Both the position numbers and the translations under genes were made by a program. DNA of 32,394 bases, the filler included, from an uncultured virus (IMG/VR IMGVR_UViG_3300016486_001479) (Duplodnaviria; Heunggongvirae; Uroviricota; Caudoviricetes). It is 3 parts of one record of this genome, joined end to end, with 100 filler letters (N's around TTAATTAATTAA, not from the genome) between each part and the next. Parts side by side here need not be neighbours in the genome. Positions count along the whole stretch, not along the records: positions 11,158 to 32,394 come from IMGVR_UViG_3300016486_001479; 2 more parts are not named here. One strand, written 5' to 3'. Positions 27,874 through 32,394 of this stretch are shown in pieces; positions within the stretch are counted from its first letter, which is position 1, and each line of letters begins with the position of its first letter. The notes beneath the pieces are model-generated. The model was not told the origin of the DNA and ran no database searches. It saw only the letters and a list, made by a program, of their open reading frames with translations.

Positions 27874-29337
27874 ATGGCAAAAAAGCAAAAAGGAAGAGAC
27901 CTTAGCCAAATTGACATTTTCGACGAGATTCACGACAGACAACTTACAGAAGAGCAAAGGACATTTATTGAGTTCAAAGGAAAAGAGTCTATTGTCTTAT
28001 CTGCAGTTGCAGGAAGCGGTAAAACTTTTTCCTGTGTTGAACGACTAAAAAATTTAATTAGACGCGGGGTTGACCCATCTAGAATTATCTTTTTCTCTTT
28101 TACAAAGGCTGCGACCGAAGAATTAAAATCGAGAATTGGAAATGACCAAATTAAAATAACAACAATTCACTCATTCTGCTTCCATATCCTTAATAAGGCT
28201 GGCAAATGGAAAGATGTAACAAGCTGGTTTGACTTTGTCAAATGGTATAAAGAACAATTTTCTCCACCAAGACACGCATCGTCGGAAGAGAAAGAAGAGT
28301 TTTACACAAATATCAGTGAAATGTACACCAGTGCAGATGTTATTTCGTCTAAAATAGCTGCCTACAAGCTTATGCAGGCCGAAGGTGAAAAGTCTGCTTT
28401 TCCAAACTTTCTCTTGGAGTACGAAAGGTTTCAGAGAGAAACTTACGCTCGCGATTTCTCAGACATGTTGATAGAGGTTGATAAACTTTTCAAGGATGAT
28501 AAATGGCTTAAAATGTTCAAAGGTAAGTATGATTATATTTTTGTGGACGAGTTCCAAGACACATCTGCCTTGCAGTTAAGGGTTCTTTTATCTTTAAACG
28601 CTCGATACTACTACTTAATTGGAGACATATTTCAGTCAATATACGGATACTCTGGAGCAAACGCGAATCGATTGATTAAAATGCTCTCAGATAGGCGCAA
28701 ATCAAAAGAAATGACGCTGACAGTTAACTTTAGAAGTGACATTGAAATCGTTAATAATTCAAACTCGTATTCAGAATTAGAAGCACAGCCCAATTCCCCA
28801 ATGCCTGGAGAAGTGGATTACATCATTAGAACTAGCACTCAAGAATTGATAACAATTCTTGATAATTCAAGAGAGTGCGCCGTCCTGGTTCGAACTAACG
28901 CAGTGATTCGACAATTAGAAAAGAAGCTACTGGTGGAAAGGTACCCAATGAGGTATGAAAATTATCTCACAAAAAAAGATTTGGATGATATGAAAAAAAA
29001 CAAATCAAATCCTGTTTTAGATAGAAAAGTGAAAGATATGCAAAGTCACTTTGACTCTCCACAAGAGCTTATAGCGTTCATAAAAATCAACGAAGATTCT
29101 AAAAAATTTATTACTACCATTCATAAATCAAAAGGAAGAGAGTTTGAAGACGTAGTAGTGGTTAACTCATGTGCACCAGAGATATTAATAGACAATGGCT
29201 TCGTCCTTCCAAAAAAAGAGCTCAAGAAAGTAAGTTTCAATTATGATGCCAAAGACAGAGAGGCACAGAATATTCATTATGTCGCAGTAACAAGAGCTAA
29301 GCACAAGCTTTTTTATATGTTATGGGGAATCATGTGA
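27874..29337 (+). CDS. Compact UvrD/Rep-family SF1 helicase
   Basis: AVAGSGKT, TIHSF, VDEFQD, IGDIFQSIYGYSGA, NFRS, LVRTN, TIHKSKGREF and YVAVTRAK. Confidence 0.95.
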   Translation: MAKKQKGRDLSQIDIFDEIHDRQLTEEQRTFIEFKGKESIVLSAVAGSGKTFSCVERLKNLIRRGVDPSRIIFFSFTKAATEELKSRIGNDQIKITTIHSFCFHILNKAGKWKDVTSWFDFVKWYKEQFSPPRHASSEEKEEFYTNISEMYTSADVISSKIAAYKLMQAEGEKSAFPNFLLEYERFQRETYARDFSDMLIEVDKLFKDDKWLKMFKGKYDYIFVDEFQDTSALQLRVLLSLNARYYYLIGDIFQSIYGYSGANANRLIKMLSDRRKSKEMTLTVNFRSDIEIVNNSNSYSELEAQPNSPMPGEVDYIIRTSTQELITILDNSRECAVLVRTNAVIRQLEKKLLVERYPMRYENYLTKKDLDDMKKNKSNPVLDRKVKDMQSHFDSPQELIAFIKINEDSKKFITTIHKSKGREFEDVVVVNSCAPEILIDNGFVLPKKELKKVSFNYDAKDREAQNIHYVAVTRAKHKLFYMLWGIM

Positions 29338-29482
29338 AAAAAAAAGCAACCACGTGGCACAGTTTTCATGACATTAATTTTTTTATGTCTTTGACAGAAA
29401 AGCACTACAAATTTTTAGAAACCGCTAACAACATAAACATTAGTCATAATATTTCAGACTACCTATAACAAAGCACTATTTC

Positions 29483-29632
29483 ATGTTACGAAACACCTTT
29501 GCGCTCTTAGTTGTTTATTGTTTAATAATTCCAACCGTCTTCTTATTCACATCGGCTTTCTTCTTGTTTATTGCGGTTCCAATCTTAGTTATGGAGACAT
29601 GGAACAAACAAAGAAAGAACTCTATTTATTAG
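29483..29632 (+). CDS. 49-aa membrane peptide not in the ORF track
   Basis: MLRNTFALLVVYCLIIPTVFLFTSAFFLFIAVPILVMETWNKQRKNSIY; stop lies 2 nt before the NUDIX ATG. Confidence 0.55.
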   Translation: MLRNTFALLVVYCLIIPTVFLFTSAFFLFIAVPILVMETWNKQRKNSIY

Positions 29633-29634
29633 TA

Positions 29635-30090
29635 ATGAAAGAGCACGAACTAAAGCACAAACTAATTGGAGCAGGAATCCTTCCTATATGTTACACAACA
29701 GGACGAGTCTTGCTATGTAAACGTGGCGAGCACCAAAGCAATCCGCTTGAATGGGCAACCTGGGGAGGAGGATTCGAGGAAGGTCAAGATAAAACTCCAA
29801 AGGACTGTGCCAAAAGAGAGTTTTGGGAAGAGACTAGATGCAAAATCGACTATAAAATATCAAATAGACCAATCGATATCATAAACACTAATCATTTTAA
29901 ATATTACATTTATGCTGGTTTGTTTGATGCAGAATGGATTCCAGATATCGAAACTGAAAAAGAAGCTTCTGGTTGGGGCTGGTTTAAACTAGACGACCTT
30001 CCAGAAAACATGTTAGACGATTTGGCTGAGTTTTTTGAAAACGATGTCCGAATTGTAGAGAACTTAATTAGATTTTTCAAGAATAGGTGA
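29635..30090 (+). CDS. NUDIX hydrolase
   Basis: GAGIL..GRVLLCKR..WATWGGGFEEGQDKTPKDCAKREFWEET Nudix box; start placed at ATG 29635. Confidence 0.9.
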   Translation: MKEHELKHKLIGAGILPICYTTGRVLLCKRGEHQSNPLEWATWGGGFEEGQDKTPKDCAKREFWEETRCKIDYKISNRPIDIINTNHFKYYIYAGLFDAEWIPDIETEKEASGWGWFKLDDLPENMLDDLAEFFENDVRIVENLIRFFKNR

Positions 30091-30103
30091 TTATATTTGT
30101 CCC

Positions 30104-30361
30104 ATGCAAGAGCAAGTACAAAATGAATCATTTCATTCGGACGCAAATAAGATTTTTGAATCCTATTTGGCAACAGATGTCAAGCCCCGAATTATGATAA
30201 GAAACAAAAAAACTGGTCTAGTTATAGAGCACTCTGCAACAATGAACTATGATAAGCTGTTTTTTGACACAAAAGGACTTATATATAAAATCACTGACGC
30301 TGGAACTATTGTAAAAGTAGAATCCAACGACTTTGATACCGTAGTGGTAAAGGCTCTTTAA
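30104..30361 (+). CDS. Hypothetical protein
   Basis: 85-aa ORF between NUDIX and a terminator. Confidence 0.65.
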   Translation: MQEQVQNESFHSDANKIFESYLATDVKPRIMIRNKKTGLVIEHSATMNYDKLFFDTKGLIYKITDAGTIVKVESNDFDTVVVKAL

Positions 30362-30380
30362 GAGCATTAGTCTGAAAAGG

Positions 30381-30416
30381 AAGGGTTGGCGGTGCGATGT
30401 CAACCCTTTTTTTTTT
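30381..30416 (+). terminator. Intrinsic terminator
   Basis: AAGGGTTGGC / GTCAACCCTT stem with a long U-tract. Confidence 0.8.
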
Positions 30417-30449
30417 ATAGTTTTGCTATAACACAATAATCAAATTATA

Positions 30450-30728
30450 ATGGCATTGTACGTAAAAAAGAGCATCAATGTTGATGTTGAGATAACAGAG
30501 GAAGACATCACAAGAGCAATCGTTAAGAACTGGTTTAAAACGAATGAAGTTGCTTCAATAGTAACTGCGGGAAATGCTTTCCTTAGAGAAAATGGAGTAA
30601 CTAAATCGAACAACACAACGATGTGGGACGACGATTGGGGCAAATTAGCAATCTCTCTAAAGCAAAAATTCCCAAACCCTTCCGAGTTTGAGAATTTTTT
30701 GAGAGAGATAGAAATTTTATTAGATTAG
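30450..30728 (+). CDS. Hypothetical protein
   Basis: 92-aa ORF with ATG in AT-rich context; convergent with the next gene. Confidence 0.7.
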   Translation: MALYVKKSINVDVEITEEDITRAIVKNWFKTNEVASIVTAGNAFLRENGVTKSNNTTMWDDDWGKLAISLKQKFPNPSEFENFLREIEILLD

Positions 30729-32225
30729 TAGAGCGCGGTTCAAAGCTAATTCAAACAATCTAAAGTTCACAGCCTCTTCAAGATTTGCGTAGAAAGCGTC
30801 TGGGTCATCAACTTGAGCATAACGTTCGCCGTCGTCTCCAACTGCTCCCCACTCTTTTCCTGAGACAGGGTCGTATCCACCCATTGTTTTAGAGCTATCG
30901 TCTGCATTTGCGTCGAGTCCAAAGAAGTCGCCAGCAAAACTCGCCCCTAACTCTGGGTTTTTATTGATTATTTTTGCATACTTTTCATCAAAAACTTCTT
31001 GTCGAACTTTTAGGAACTTACCACTTTTAAACAGTGATGCAATTTCGTTCATTGTCTTTTTCACATAGAACTTAGAGTCTTCTCCAGGCCAGTTTCCGAA
31101 GTACTCAGAGATAGCTGGATATTGAGACACATTATCAACCATCCATTCAGCAAAGCTTTTCAAGCTGTCAAATTTCTCATTGTTAGAGATTACGGCTGAA
31201 TACATTTGCTTTTGGTGCATTGGTGGCTTTGTTCCGCCTAGAGCGTAAAGAGCCGCTTCTATGTCTTGAGCAGCACTCGCACCTAAGTCACCGTATTTAG
31301 AGATGTCAAAATAAGCTTCATCGTCTCCTTGGAGTTTTTCATAATCCTTGTCTACATCAGTACTTATATTCATTGACCGCCCTCTTGGTGTGCCGCTTCT
31401 ATCTTGCCTCTGACCCTTAGTCCCACCAAAACCAACGTCACCAAACTTTGAATCATTAGACATAATCTTGCTAATTCTATTTCTAGTGGAGCCAATTATG
31501 TAACTCGATGTCTTTTCGCCAGAACTAGCTACTTCTCTCGCTAAAGCCGTAGGAATGGTGTATGAAGCAATGTAATCATAAGCTTCAAGAGAATATTCGA
31601 CCATAGCCTCTTTGTTTACGTAATCTTGCCCTGTGTCAGGATTTACTTTTCGCGGCTTATAAAGCTGAACACTCATCCCAACCTGAGGCCCATACCATGT
31701 CCAGAAAAAGAAAGGCGTCGGGTTCCCAGCAGCATCAAGAGGAAAAAATATAAAACGAAGTCCATCTATAATGTTTCTCTTCATCTCAGGAGTCACAGCA
31801 GAAAGGCTAAGTGGCCCTTCCTCACCTAGCGGAGTATTATATGCTTGGACTAGAAGCTCAATTACCAAATCCAATGTTTGAGACTCTGCAGAAGCCCCTA
31901 AATCTCCTTTATTAGCATCTCCAATTGTTGTTTGGTAATTTATGTAACTACTCTTTCCTTTAATCATGGTTCGTGCAGCAGCTCCCCTAGAAACTATTGC
32001 CTTAGCCATTTCCTCCGCCTTCTGAGCGGTAGCTGGAGGTTTTACTTTCCCTTCCCTATTAGGCTGAGGAGCTATCAAGGCGTTGATAACTTGTTTGCGC
32101 ATTTCTCTAGCTTCAGGGCTAGCCGATTTCGGAGCCTCTTCGTCGGCTTCTGAAATCAAACTGTATTTTTTCTCAAAGGCCTTTACAAAGTTCTCGACCA
32201 GACTAAAGATTTTCTTCTTACTCAT
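30720..32225 (-). CDS. Hypothetical 501-aa protein, putative late/internal virion protein
   Basis: Long open frame; TTATTTA begins 24 nt upstream of the ATG; no recognisable domain. Confidence 0.8.
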   Translation of the reverse strand: MSKKKIFSLVENFVKAFEKKYSLISEADEEAPKSASPEAREMRKQVINALIAPQPNREGKVKPPATAQKAEEMAKAIVSRGAAARTMIKGKSSYINYQTTIGDANKGDLGASAESQTLDLVIELLVQAYNTPLGEEGPLSLSAVTPEMKRNIIDGLRFIFFPLDAAGNPTPFFFWTWYGPQVGMSVQLYKPRKVNPDTGQDYVNKEAMVEYSLEAYDYIASYTIPTALAREVASSGEKTSSYIIGSTRNRISKIMSNDSKFGDVGFGGTKGQRQDRSGTPRGRSMNISTDVDKDYEKLQGDDEAYFDISKYGDLGASAAQDIEAALYALGGTKPPMHQKQMYSAVISNNEKFDSLKSFAEWMVDNVSQYPAISEYFGNWPGEDSKFYVKKTMNEIASLFKSGKFLKVRQEVFDEKYAKIINKNPELGASFAGDFFGLDANADDSSKTMGGYDPVSGKEWGAVGDDGERYAQVDDPDAFYANLEEAVNFRLFELALNRALLI

Positions 32226-32394
32226 TTGATTATGCTTTCACATAAATAAGCCTAAAAAGCCCTTTTTCACCTATATCTTGTCTGATATAAAAAAAGTTAA
32301 ACAAATGTTTAAAAAAACCTTTAAAATACTTGCTAAATGTATTATAATTATAAAGATAAATTATAAATTTACAATTGGACAGGAGGCTAATGTT

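Noticed and set aside
896..32153. Short antisense or nested ORFs and X-filled ORFs in the track (e.g. 896-1147, 9045-9602, 17399-17683, 26004-26981)
   Set aside because: They are shadows of well-supported genes or artefacts of translating N gaps
1..32394. Stop-codon reassignment as seen in some large phages
   Set aside because: Conserved genes are full-length in the standard code and end at TAA, TAG or TGA; breaks are explained by frameshifts, not read-through
32377..32394. GGACAGGAGGCTAATGTT as a tRNA 5' end or SD plus ATG
   Set aside because: Cut off by the window edge; too short to call. No complete tRNA was seen in the window

Overview
This looks like a draft-assembled fragment of a large tailed phage (T4-like/jumbo-type myovirus). 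A Bacteroidota host is inferred from TAnnTTTG promoter elements, AT-rich starts without Shine-Dalgarno sequences, and Bacteroidota-style RpoD and NrdAB. From left to right it contains: asparaginyl-tRNA synthetase with an unannotated Asn-rich leader-peptide attenuator; a neck/tail gene cluster with HNH and SNase nucleases; a large baseplate-hub/hydrolase gene broken by gaps; RecA, a degenerate 5'-3' nuclease, a replication initiator and a primase-helicase; nrdB and a fractured nrdA; small late genes; sigma70, a degenerate DEDDh exonuclease, UvrD, NUDIX and hypothetical genes. The nrdA halves carry a naturally split intein around a Vsr-like homing endonuclease, which is itself interrupted by an intact Panacea antitoxin and a truncated putative toxin. 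There are two 100-bp artificial linkers (N44-TTAATTAATTAA-N44), two long N gaps and several homopolymer frameshifts, so some adjacencies and frameshifts may be artefacts. All family calls come from motif recognition by eye, not database searches.
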